Shown here piece by piece: positions 1 through 8,072 of a DNA stretch of 53,914 nt. The DNA is from a virus. Its lineage: Duplodnaviria > Caudoviricetes. The notes under the pieces are model-generated. The model had not been told where the DNA came from. It worked only from the letters and a program-made list of their open reading frames with translations, and did not search any database. The translations under genes and the position numbers were made by a program. Location of the stretch: IMG/VR virus record IMGVR_UViG_3300036791_001299, positions 1 through 53,914 of that record; one strand, written 5' to 3'. The number at the start of each line of letters is the position of its first letter. The first letter of the stretch is position 1.

Positions 1-2
1 TG

Positions 3-365
3 CTGCGTCATTGTACCGGCTGACGTCACCGCTAGCGCGTGAAAGCCCCTTTCGAGCGGCGTCAGCTCCGCCTGTTCGTTGTCGAGCACCAGACGCATCA
101 GCGCGGTGTCGTCGTCCATCTCCTCGACCCAAGCCGGGATCTCCTTCAGGCCCGCGCGTCGCGCCGCCTCTGTGCGGTTATGTCCCCCGATGATCTGGTT
201 GTGTCCGTTTAATGGCCTGACGGTAATCGCATGTGAAGGGCTGAAGCCAGAAGTCCTGATCTGCAATTCGATAGCAGAGATAACCTCCTCCCGTGGGACA
301 AGGCGCGGATTTTGCGGGTGGAGCCTCAACGAGGCGATTGGGACCAGAACCGGTTTATTGTTCAT
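3..365 (-). CDS. ParB/Srx N-terminal domain protein (partial, runs off window start)
   Basis: Not in ORF track. Manual translation from ATG 365: MNNKPVLVPIASLRLHPQNPR...ITVRP...QIIGGHNRTEAARRAGLKEIPAWVEEMDDDTALMRLVLDNEQAELTPLERG, a typical ParB GHxR motif. ATGA overlap with the upstream ORF stop. Confidence 0.8.
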   Translation of the reverse strand, partial: MNNKPVLVPIASLRLHPQNPRLVPREEVISAIELQIRTSGFSPSHAITVRPLNGHNQIIGGHNRTEAARRAGLKEIPAWVEEMDDDTALMRLVLDNEQAELTPLERGFHALAVTSAGTMTQ

Positions 366-775
366 TTGGCTTTTCCTTCTGTCAAACAGTGGCAATCATG
401 ACATACTGGCTCTAAATCAGACGGTACGTCGAAAGTGCAAAACGCCGGAAATGTCCGGTCTTCATAAAGAGGCTCCAGGGGAGGGTACTCCGGGTGATGA
501 ACTTCTGATACCGGCCCTCCGCAGCGCAGGCACTTGCCTTTGGCGTCGCGGATCGCAAGCGCCCTGGCCGCGCGAAACACTGGCGAATTAAGATATTCCC
601 GGTAACTGTTGAACAACATCAGAGTGGCCTTGTCGCTGCGACGATCCTTTGCCCATGCTCTGAATTGAGGTGATGAAAGCCAAGGTTCTCGTTGTCGTTG
701 TACGGCCAATTGCGGCCAATCAGCATCACGAATGAGTCGCCGCGACCCTTCCTTTTGATTTTTCTGATTAACCAA
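362..775 (-). CDS. HNH endonuclease-like protein (true start uncertain, possibly near 619)
   Basis: CLRCG...EVHH...LEPVCHDCH zinc-binding HNH pattern. Confidence 0.65.
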   Translation of the reverse strand: MVNQKNQKEGSRRLIRDADWPQLAVQRQREPWLSSPQFRAWAKDRRSDKATLMLFNSYREYLNSPVFRAARALAIRDAKGKCLRCGGPVSEVHHPEYPPLEPLYEDRTFPAFCTFDVPSDLEPVCHDCHCLTEGKAK

Positions 776-1422
776 TATCGTCGATTCAGGAGAGCAGGAA
801 ACTCCATAATGTCAGGACAGAACGTATCAACCCACCCACTCTCTCCACGGGCAACAAGAGCGCGCGTCATTTTCATGGTGCGAACGTTAAGGTTCATCAC
901 TATGTCAATGCGCTCAAACTCGCGACAGAAATCAATGATCTCGAAAACCGGCGTCCGCGACGGCCTCTTGGAGGTCCTTGATTCAGCGAAGCATCCGTTA
1001 GGATCGACCAGTATGCTGCCCATTGCGAGTTGCGGATTTTCAGTGGTGCGAATGCGCTCGGCGAACACTTTTATTACCTCGCGATTTGTGCGGGCGAACA
1101 GGCAACACTCGCGCCCCTCTTCCATGGCCGCCCTTACACGTGGCCGACGAATGAGGGACATGATTTTGCTTTCGTCGGTATCGCAAAAGAAAGCGCGATA
1201 GCGCTTATTGAACTGTTCGACTATTTCAAGAAATGCGATTGGGCTGCCAATACAATCGGCCTTCCAATTAAAGCCCTCCCCTGCGTGCAAGTCACAGTGG
1301 TTATAAGGAAAGCTGGAGTGATATCTCCCGGGCTTCGTTAGGACCTTCATGTTCACCGTAAAAGCGTCCTGGAAGCAATGTTCCTTGTGCTGAGTGTTTG
1401 CGCCCTGTCCTTGCTGGCTCAT
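619..1422 (-). CDS. TcmP-like (three-Cys-motif partner) SAM-methyltransferase-fold protein
   Basis: DLHAGEG...GSPIAFL...FCDTD...LVDPNG motifs resemble the TcmP family. Confidence 0.5.
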   Translation of the reverse strand: MSQQGQGANTQHKEHCFQDAFTVNMKVLTKPGRYHSSFPYNHCDLHAGEGFNWKADCIGSPIAFLEIVEQFNKRYRAFFCDTDESKIMSLIRRPRVRAAMEEGRECCLFARTNREVIKVFAERIRTTENPQLAMGSILVDPNGCFAESRTSKRPSRTPVFEIIDFCREFERIDIVMNLNVRTMKMTRALVARGESGWVDTFCPDIMEFPALLNRRYWLIRKIKRKGRGDSFVMLIGRNWPYNDNENLGFHHLNSEHGQRIVAATRPL

Positions 1423-1547
1423 GAAATCCTCACGTGATGTCCACGCTCCGCCAGCGTCGCTCCCGGCACGCCCGGCGCGTCGACAGCTTTAGACAGACAG
1501 AAGTGGGTAATCGATCCGGTGACCATGGTCATGTGCTTGGTCTCCGC

Positions 1548-2168
1548 TTACGCTAACGTCCGGGCGTGGCTATTGACATAGGCATCAATTAAGTCGACAC
1601 AGTTCCATATGCCATGCTCAAAGTTTTTCAGGGCGAAGTAGACCACCTCGGTTCCGTTACACGTCGTCGACGTGTTAAGGCTGGTCTCTAATGCGGCCAG
1701 CCACTGCGTATAAACGTTATCCGGGCAAGTAAGCCGAGCGACTCGCTGTTCAGCTTTCCAAAGTTTTTGGACCTCCGGGTTGGCTAAGATCCGCGCCGCG
1801 ACATCGTTTTTGTATTCGACAAAAACCAAAAGAACAGGCGTTCCTGTTTCCCGTTCATAGTCTTTGTAGTCACACCATTTCCGGTAATCAATTCCCGTTT
1901 CAACGTCGCCCGTATAGCGTCCTCTGGTGCGGTCGGTTTTTGTTTTGATCTCAGCGGCAATCGAAACCCCTCGCCTTGACAACGTAAAGTCAGGCCGGGG
2001 GATCTTGCCGTGTGCAGTTATCATGGATGGCCCGCGCCCATCCCGGGCCATCGCATCGGCGTTGTTTTCAAAACTGTAGCCGTGACGCCCCAGGAGTTTC
2101 TCAATGGCGTACTCACCCACCGTTCCCAGTAGCCGGTTTTCGTCAAACGTTCGCTGCATTGACTTCAT
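1548..2168 (-). CDS. PD-(D/E)XK nuclease-like protein
   Basis: GE...RPDF...AEIKTK catalytic-like motif. Confidence 0.55.
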   Translation of the reverse strand: MKSMQRTFDENRLLGTVGEYAIEKLLGRHGYSFENNADAMARDGRGPSMITAHGKIPRPDFTLSRRGVSIAAEIKTKTDRTRGRYTGDVETGIDYRKWCDYKDYERETGTPVLLVFVEYKNDVAARILANPEVQKLWKAEQRVARLTCPDNVYTQWLAALETSLNTSTTCNGTEVVYFALKNFEHGIWNCVDLIDAYVNSHARTLA

Positions 2169-3195
2169 GCCCCCATACGCGCCATCCCTCCCTTGGCTGG
2201 CGCGCGAAGATGTCTATCTTTCCGCTGGGAGGGGTAGGACAAAGACTTTCAACCAACGCATAAAACTGATCCGGTTTACGTGAGTGGTCGAGGACGTCCG
2301 CGACTAATGCCGTGCTTTGAGCCTTCAATGTGATAACGGGTTTGCCGCGACTCGCAAATAAACAATGCTCGGTTTGCCCGCGCAGCCAGTCACCCAACCC
2401 GATGCGGTTTTTCACCCATGTCAACGTTGTGCGGTATTTAAACCCCCACGCCTCCAAAACATTAAAACCTTCTTTGAGGAAGGCGTTGGTCGTCCATAGC
2501 CATAGGACTGCATCATCGGCGGCGAGGTCTTGAATAGGCAAGGCTTCGATGTCAGCCAGAGCCATCCCGGCGTAGTCCGGATACCCTCGCGCATCATTGA
2601 CCGTTGGCCGCCGCAACGCATAAGGCCATGGGGGATCTGCCACAATGACACGAAATGGCCCCTCTGGTAGTGCTGCAGGCTCGGCTTTGATCTCTTCGGC
2701 CTGTTCATCCCGCCGCGCGAATTTGGCCGACGTCCGCAAGCCTGACGTCGTCAGCTCGTGGGACTCCTTTTCTTTGCCCTCGGCTATATAGGCCTCGAAG
2801 ACTTCTTCCGGCACAGCAGCGATCTGCTGCCAGCGGGAAGACTGCATCGGTTCGACGCCGTAGTCAGCCAAAGTTTTCCCCGAAGTAACATTGTGTGATT
2901 TCGGGGAATTGCCGACACGCAGGTTATCTTCGCGTCTTACCAACTCGCCGTTCATCTGCATTCCGACGATCATCTGGCCCGCGCGGCGCTCTGCTCGTAG
3001 CCGGATCTCAGCCGCATATTTGGCAGCGTCATGAGCATGGAGAGCGGCCTGGAAGTAATGCTGAGCGGACTTCGCCGCCGCGCGGATATTCAACACGTCG
3101 GACAGTGTCCTGGCTTCCTTTAGCAGGACCTCCGCGCGCCCGCCTAGGAATGAAAGTGCGGTGTCCTCTTTCGTTTGCTCGCTATTTTTTCTCAT
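2143..3195 (-). CDS. MT-A70 family N6-adenine DNA methyltransferase
   Basis: VIVADPPW, LWLWTTN, WGFKY, WVK, GQTEHCLFA, HSRKPD, DIFAR motifs; likely start MRKNSEQ at 3195. Confidence 0.9.
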   Translation of the reverse strand: MRKNSEQTKEDTALSFLGGRAEVLLKEARTLSDVLNIRAAAKSAQHYFQAALHAHDAAKYAAEIRLRAERRAGQMIVGMQMNGELVRREDNLRVGNSPKSHNVTSGKTLADYGVEPMQSSRWQQIAAVPEEVFEAYIAEGKEKESHELTTSGLRTSAKFARRDEQAEEIKAEPAALPEGPFRVIVADPPWPYALRRPTVNDARGYPDYAGMALADIEALPIQDLAADDAVLWLWTTNAFLKEGFNVLEAWGFKYRTTLTWVKNRIGLGDWLRGQTEHCLFASRGKPVITLKAQSTALVADVLDHSRKPDQFYALVESLCPTPPSGKIDIFARQPREGWRVWGHEVNAANV

Positions 3196-3284
3196 GAGAT
3201 TCCTACTTGTGCCATTGGCACCCACACCGAACCTTGCCTTGCCACACCTAGCCCGACCGTGCCGAGCCCTACCGCGCCCATCTC

Positions 3285-3974
3285 TCATGAAATCCGCACG
3301 TGATGTCCGCGCTCGGCCAGTGTCGCTCCCGGCACGCCCGTGAGCCCGCTGTCGCCGCAGCTGGCGCAGGGTGCATCTGGCTGTTTAAACCTGCCTCCCT
3401 GGCAGGCGAGACACGGCTGTGCTAAAGACTCGCGGACCAGACGGGTGTCGACTATTCGCTCCGCACCCCTGATGGCTGGCGATCCCAGCAATTCGACCAT
3501 CCGTAAATACTCGTCGTACCCGACCTCGATCCGGTACCGAAAAAATTCGCCGGGCAGGAGCTGCTCGTTGACGTCGATCCGTTGCTCTCCGCCATTCGCC
3601 CAGAGCGAGATGGTGGCGCTGCGGCCTTCGAGCCGACGCAATCCGCGCTTTGGTATGGGCAGCAGTTCGAGCACTCGGGCGAGATAGCCGCGCAGTCGTT
3701 CACGCGCGTTCTGGAGGCGCGCTTTGCGCCTGCGGAGACGCTGTTCTTCTTCCTCGGCGAGCTTGACCTGCGACTCCAGATACCGGACCATGTGCGCGGC
3801 GGCGTCCACGCGCTCGGGGATGCGCTCGCCGAGATACTCCGCGATCTCGCGGTCGACATCCGAGGTGTCTTCCTGGCTGTCAATCATTTCCATCTGTAGC
3901 GTGACCAGCTGCGCGAGATCACCAGCCAGCGAGTAGAGTGCCAGCGGTTGTGGTTTATCCTCGGCAGGTGTCAT
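3285..3974 (-). CDS. Siphovirus Gp157-like protein with C-terminal CxxC motifs
   Basis: LYSLA N-terminus, coiled coil EEQRLRRRKARLQN, C-terminal VPGATL...HVRI; adjacent to bet. Confidence 0.7.
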   Translation of the reverse strand: MTPAEDKPQPLALYSLAGDLAQLVTLQMEMIDSQEDTSDVDREIAEYLGERIPERVDAAAHMVRYLESQVKLAEEEEQRLRRRKARLQNARERLRGYLARVLELLPIPKRGLRRLEGRSATISLWANGGEQRIDVNEQLLPGEFFRYRIEVGYDEYLRMVELLGSPAIRGAERIVDTRLVRESLAQPCLACQGGRFKQPDAPCASCGDSGLTGVPGATLAERGHHVRIS

Positions 3975-4918
3975 TGCTGCTCTCCTGAGCGATCCCATAC
4001 TTCCCATTCGTCTGCGGCGGGTGTGGCGGGTGTCTCTGGCACCGGCGCGGCGGGTTCCGGTGCCGGAGCGGCGGCGGCAACGCCAGCCGCCTTCATCTCG
4101 TTGTAAATCTGGCGGGCCAATTCCCGGCTGCGAATCTGATTTGAATGCTTGAGCCCACGGGCCGCGAGAACCTTGTAATAAAGCTCTTCGCCTATCTCTG
4201 ACTTAAGTGCCGCGAAGGCATCCAGCATCACCTTGTAGGCATTCTTCTCCGGCTGCGCGGGGGGTGTGACTAAAGGACCCGGTTGCATCAAGGGCGCGCC
4301 TCCGTCGACGTCCTGGCGGTGCATTTCCTCGGGAACATACATGCCGCCGCACTCGTCGGGGAAGGCCTTGCGCAGAGCACCCGCCTCAGCACATTTGATT
4401 AATTGGTTAGCGGGCATCCTTTTCCACATGGGGACCAAGTCAAAGCCGCCTTCTTTGCGTTTGTACCTGGGCGCGTATTCCTTGAACACGGCAATGGAAT
4501 AAAGCGGAGCCTGAAAGTCCTTGCGGTAGACTCCGACGCGGGCGGCTGCGGGCGGAGTGTCAGCCAGCCAGACTGGCAGCCATCGACCGCTGGCGTCGCA
4601 CCATTCCGGCGGAGTCTGGCCCGCGTATTTGCCACTGCGCTCGGCTTGCAGCCGGAAACCGTCAATGCCGGTTTGAATGGTCATGACATACTTGCCAGCC
4701 TCCTGGTCGTAGCGTTTGATGCAATAGATTTGTTTGGCGAACGGGTCAAGCCCTTTGTGCTTGCAAACCTCAATAAACAGCGAGAATTCGTCGTCGGTGG
4801 TATCCTTGGCGATGGTTTGCTTGAGCAGGTCGAGCTGGTCGCGATTGGGATTGAAACCACGGGGAAGGGTCTCAGCCTTCGGCGTTTCGATAATTTCAGT
4901 TCCAGGTGTCGGTGTCAT
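3971..4918 (-). CDS. bet: Phage recombination protein Bet/RecT (single-strand annealing)
   Basis: GLDPFAKQIY, IQTGIDGFRLQAERSGKYAG, WKRMPANQLIKCAEAGALRKAFP, GMYVPEEM. Confidence 0.92.
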   Translation of the reverse strand: MTPTPGTEIIETPKAETLPRGFNPNRDQLDLLKQTIAKDTTDDEFSLFIEVCKHKGLDPFAKQIYCIKRYDQEAGKYVMTIQTGIDGFRLQAERSGKYAGQTPPEWCDASGRWLPVWLADTPPAAARVGVYRKDFQAPLYSIAVFKEYAPRYKRKEGGFDLVPMWKRMPANQLIKCAEAGALRKAFPDECGGMYVPEEMHRQDVDGGAPLMQPGPLVTPPAQPEKNAYKVMLDAFAALKSEIGEELYYKVLAARGLKHSNQIRSRELARQIYNEMKAAGVAAAAPAPEPAAPVPETPATPAADEWEVWDRSGEQQ

Positions 4919-4933
4919 TGTCGTATTCCTCGG

Positions 4934-5389
4934 TTAAAATTGCTCAGTAGGTTTCAATGCCTGCTCAGCGGCTTGGTAGCTGAGACTGGTAGCTGAGACC
5001 AGAGCCATGCGCATAGCGATGGTCATGGCCAGACATTGCTCCACGTTTAAATTCCACTGCCGCACCATAATCTCGACGCGGCCATCGCGCACGTAGAGAG
5101 TGGCGGGAATCCAGGTCATGCCTTCCATCGGCGGTTGCGAGCAGAAGAATTCGATGCGCGTCAATTTGCCGTTCTGCGTCTCCGTAGGCTCGATACGGCA
5201 GAGCACCCGCTTCGCGTCTTTCAACTCGGTCTCGTGCTGCCGGTCGAGGTCGAAGGCGTCGATTACCGAATGGCATTGCTCGCACACCGCGTAGTCCTGA
5301 GAGCTGGGACCCGTTTCAGAGTCGTAGTCGAGGCGTGTCAGCATGCGGAATTCGGACGGCTGGCCGCAGGACGGGCAATTGAGTGTCAT
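4934..5389 (-). CDS. Hypothetical zinc-ribbon protein; C-terminus encoded by a CRISPR repeat copy
   Basis: CPSCG...CEQC; 3' end overlaps the solitary repeat. Confidence 0.6.
   Translation of the reverse strand: MTLNCPSCGQPSEFRMLTRLDYDSETGPSSQDYAVCEQCHSVIDAFDLDRQHETELKDAKRVLCRIEPTETQNGKLTRIEFFCSQPPMEGMTWIPATLYVRDGRVEIMVRQWNLNVEQCLAMTIAMRMALVSATSLSYQAAEQALKPTEQF
4951..4999 (+). repeat. Solitary CRISPR repeat plus 13-nt tandem duplication of its 3' end
   Basis: GTTTCAATGCCTGCTCAGCGGCTTGGTAGCTGAGAC (4951-4986) then TGGTAGCTGAGAC; 4 mismatches to the array consensus. Confidence 0.9.
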
Positions 5390-5592
5390 TTGGACGCCTT
5401 CACCTTTCCGGAGCGTTGGGCCTGCAGCCACGCCATGGCATCCGCGCGAACAAGCCAGACGCGCCCGTGAATTCTTTTAACTGGCAGTTCGCCGTCCGCG
5501 ATCAAATGCCGGACCAGCCTTGGTCCAAGCCCGGCCATGCGCGCAAATACAGCAGTCGCTATAAAAAGAGGGTCGTTCTGTTTTTGAGGCAT
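5386..5592 (-). CDS. Excisionase-like/HTH_17 DNA-binding protein
   Basis: FARMAGLGPRLVRHLIADGELPVKRIHGRVWLVR. Confidence 0.7.
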   Translation of the reverse strand: MPQKQNDPLFIATAVFARMAGLGPRLVRHLIADGELPVKRIHGRVWLVRADAMAWLQAQRSGKVKASK

Positions 5593-5668
5593 AGTTGTCA
5601 CCAGCACACCTTGGTGGCCTTCGCATTCTTTGTGTTATACTTGGCCGACGAGTGCGTCGTGTAACTTC

Positions 5669-5686
5669 GTAGCATTATGATGCTAC
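5669..5686. promoter_or_regulatory. Palindromic operator candidate in the divergent control region
   Basis: GTAGCAT-TATG-ATGCTAC; related sites at 26671, 26694, 29360, 33352. Confidence 0.6.
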
Positions 5687-5736
5687 CACCAACTTACTCG
5701 GTCAAGAGTTTTTTTAAGAGAGGCGGAACGTATTGT

Positions 5737-6213
5737 ATGAACGGGAACACACCAGAAGAAAACGAATTATTAGTGGATGCGGAAACCGTGCGCACCAGCA
5801 TCTACCTGCCGCGGGAACTCCACCGGCAACTAAAGATGCGGCTTCTCGATATGGCCATGGGCACCCGTATGAACTCGTTGATCGTCGAGGCTATCGATCA
5901 ATACCTAAACCGGCAGCCAGCTCGCCGAAAAAATATTAACTCCACTTTCACAGAATCACATCAAGAGTCGGTCCAAACTCTGGTGGAGATGCTGAACAGC
6001 AATTCTCCTGAAGTGGTGTCGGCTTTTCAGACACTACTGAGCGCCGCCTGCGATTTGATTGAATTGAAAAGGACCGCTGAGAATGACAAAGCCATCAACG
6101 AGGCCGAAACAACCATTCGCTCAGCAGACGCAATACTTGCAGATGCTGAAGACGTTATTCGAGAAAATGAGCCAGTGCGCCAACACCGGCCAAAAACTCG
6201 TTCTGTTGCTTGA
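5737..6213 (+). CDS. Ribbon-helix-helix (Arc/CopG-like) regulator, putative repressor
   Basis: VRTSIYLPRELHRQLK...MNSLIVEAIDQYL; divergent from the early operon. Confidence 0.7.
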   Translation: MNGNTPEENELLVDAETVRTSIYLPRELHRQLKMRLLDMAMGTRMNSLIVEAIDQYLNRQPARRKNINSTFTESHQESVQTLVEMLNSNSPEVVSAFQTLLSAACDLIELKRTAENDKAINEAETTIRSADAILADAEDVIRENEPVRQHRPKTRSVA

Positions 6214-6312
6214 GAGTCAAATCGAGCCAGACGATACCGAATTGCCCCTGCCGATTCCCATCAAACCGGAGAAAGCCCCGCCGCATCTGAAGTACGGTAC
6301 GGCGGGTTGACC

Positions 6313-6663
6313 TCAGTTTCTGCTGCTCTCGAAAAACTTCCGCGCCCGCGCATTCTCGGCCTGTAGCCGTGCAATCTCACGCTCTGCCTCTTCCCATTGC
6401 TCCGGAGTGTATTTAGTCGCGCCGTCCTCATAGCGGAACTGGCGTGAATGGCAGATGCCGCACCAGGGATCGATCTGTTTATTACCGATCATCCGCTCGG
6501 TGATTTTACGAAGATACCCGGGTGCGTTTTGCGGAGTCATAACGCGGGAGTCCCGGCCATTGCCCTGAGCTGCGGTGATGTGAGGAATATAGGCAAGGCC
6601 TAAAATGCAGTGCCGCTGCGGACAGAGACACTGCACAATGTGAATCTTTGGTAGTACGTGCAT
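6313..6663 (-). CDS. Hypothetical Cys-motif protein
   Basis: CLCPQRHC...WCGICHS. Confidence 0.5.
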   Translation of the reverse strand: MHVLPKIHIVQCLCPQRHCILGLAYIPHITAAQGNGRDSRVMTPQNAPGYLRKITERMIGNKQIDPWCGICHSRQFRYEDGATKYTPEQWEEAEREIARLQAENARARKFFESSRN

Positions 6664-6719
6664 TATGTGAAATTTACTCCAATGGGGTGCATTATATACG
6701 CTCATTGGAGGAAGAAACA

Positions 6720-6772
6720 AAAACAAAAAGGGCCGCAACTGTCCGGCGAATTGGCTTCCGGCTGCGGCCCTT
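6720..6772 (-). terminator. Putative intrinsic terminator ending the tail operon
   Basis: AGGGCCGCA...TGCGGCCCT stem followed by a U-rich tract on the minus strand. Confidence 0.45.
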
Positions 6773-6847
6773 GGATCGGGATCAGCGTAATGGAGTAATC
6801 ACCTGGAAAGTGGTGATCCCGTACATTTAGCCCGATAGTATCACGCT

Positions 6848-7225
6848 TCAGCTGGCCCGGTGCTTCTTGATGTCGACTGCGGCGGAACCGTTCTCCAGGT
6901 CGCGCTTGAGCGGCAGCAGCCACTCCACGTCCGACGTCCGGATCTTGGCGGTAGAGAGAAGCTTTTTGAGTTCCTCGATCTGACTGTCCGGCATCTCGCG
7001 TACGATGGCGGGCTCTTTCTCTACCAGCTCTTCATTGACCATCACCGCGCCGTCCGGACGCCGCAGGAACAGTTTCTCCTTCTCCTGGCGGTCCATGCGG
7101 ACGCTCTTTAGCAGCTCGTAGGCAACGATCTGCTCGTCCAGCGTCTTTAGTTCCCGCGCGCTGATCAGGGCCTCGATATTGAGGCGTTGCAGACAAGTGA
7201 GTGTGATTTTCATAAGAAAACCCAT
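6848..7225 (-). CDS. Hypothetical protein (possible tail-fibre chaperone)
   Basis: ORF at the end of the tail operon. Confidence 0.55.
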   Translation of the reverse strand: MGFLMKITLTCLQRLNIEALISARELKTLDEQIVAYELLKSVRMDRQEKEKLFLRRPDGAVMVNEELVEKEPAIVREMPDSQIEELKKLLSTAKIRTSDVEWLLPLKRDLENGSAAVDIKKHRAS

Positions 7226-7226
7226 G

Positions 7227-8051
7227 CTACCCTACATCGCACCAGAAACGGTAATCGTCAAAAGCCGAATCCATCCCCGGCCAGTTGGTGTACACCTTGA
7301 GCACCTGCACATTGGGCAGACTGGTCACGGTGGTAACCGGCCCGGGCTCGAGCTGGATCATGTTGGTCGGACTGCCGGTGGCCGTAACCAGCGCCGGGTC
7401 GTACAACGGCACCGGGACCGCCGCTGCGGCATTCGCGATGCTTCCGCCCGACCACCATGGCAGATATCCGTCCGGATCGTACGCGATGCTGCCGGTCGCG
7501 CCGAGCACCCGGCAGAAGTCGTATACGTCGTTATTCGACTGGGTGAGGGCGCGAATGAAGCCGATATTCGTCAGCGAAAAACCGGAGCCCTGGTAGTAAA
7601 ACGAGAGGTAAGCCGACAGCGAAGCGTAAATGAGCTTGATGTATTCGACCGACGTGGCCGGGTCCGAATGGCTATTAAGGAAGATGCCGTTGACGTGGGT
7701 GGCATCCACCACCTTGACCTTGGCGATCTCCACATTGGCCGTACCGTAACCAATGAGAATATAGTTGTCGCCGGTCTGGTCGAAAAACAGAGTGCTCGAA
7801 ATCTGGACATCCTGCGGCGAAGGACTGGCTGTGATGGCCGCCAGGAGGGGCAGGGGATTGCCTCCGCCCCGCAAGTCGGCGATGAAGGGCGCGCTCATCG
7901 CTTGCTTGATGGAGAACGACACATAGCTGCTGCCGGACGCCGTTAAGGTCGCAACATTGGCCATGACAAAGGGGGTGGGATGCGCGGTCTCGCCGAGAAC
8001 GCTCCCGGCGACTCCTCCTACTACGTGGGCCAGATACGGGTTAAGAGCCAT
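7227..8051 (-). CDS. Hypothetical virion-associated protein
   Basis: AAGGAG RBS; beta-rich composition; follows the tail fibre. Confidence 0.6.
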   Translation of the reverse strand: MALNPYLAHVVGGVAGSVLGETAHPTPFVMANVATLTASGSSYVSFSIKQAMSAPFIADLRGGGNPLPLLAAITASPSPQDVQISSTLFFDQTGDNYILIGYGTANVEIAKVKVVDATHVNGIFLNSHSDPATSVEYIKLIYASLSAYLSFYYQGSGFSLTNIGFIRALTQSNNDVYDFCRVLGATGSIAYDPDGYLPWWSGGSIANAAAAVPVPLYDPALVTATGSPTNMIQLEPGPVTTVTSLPNVQVLKVYTNWPGMDSAFDDYRFWCDVG

Positions 8052-8072
8052 TTTTTCTCCTTGTCGTTTGGT

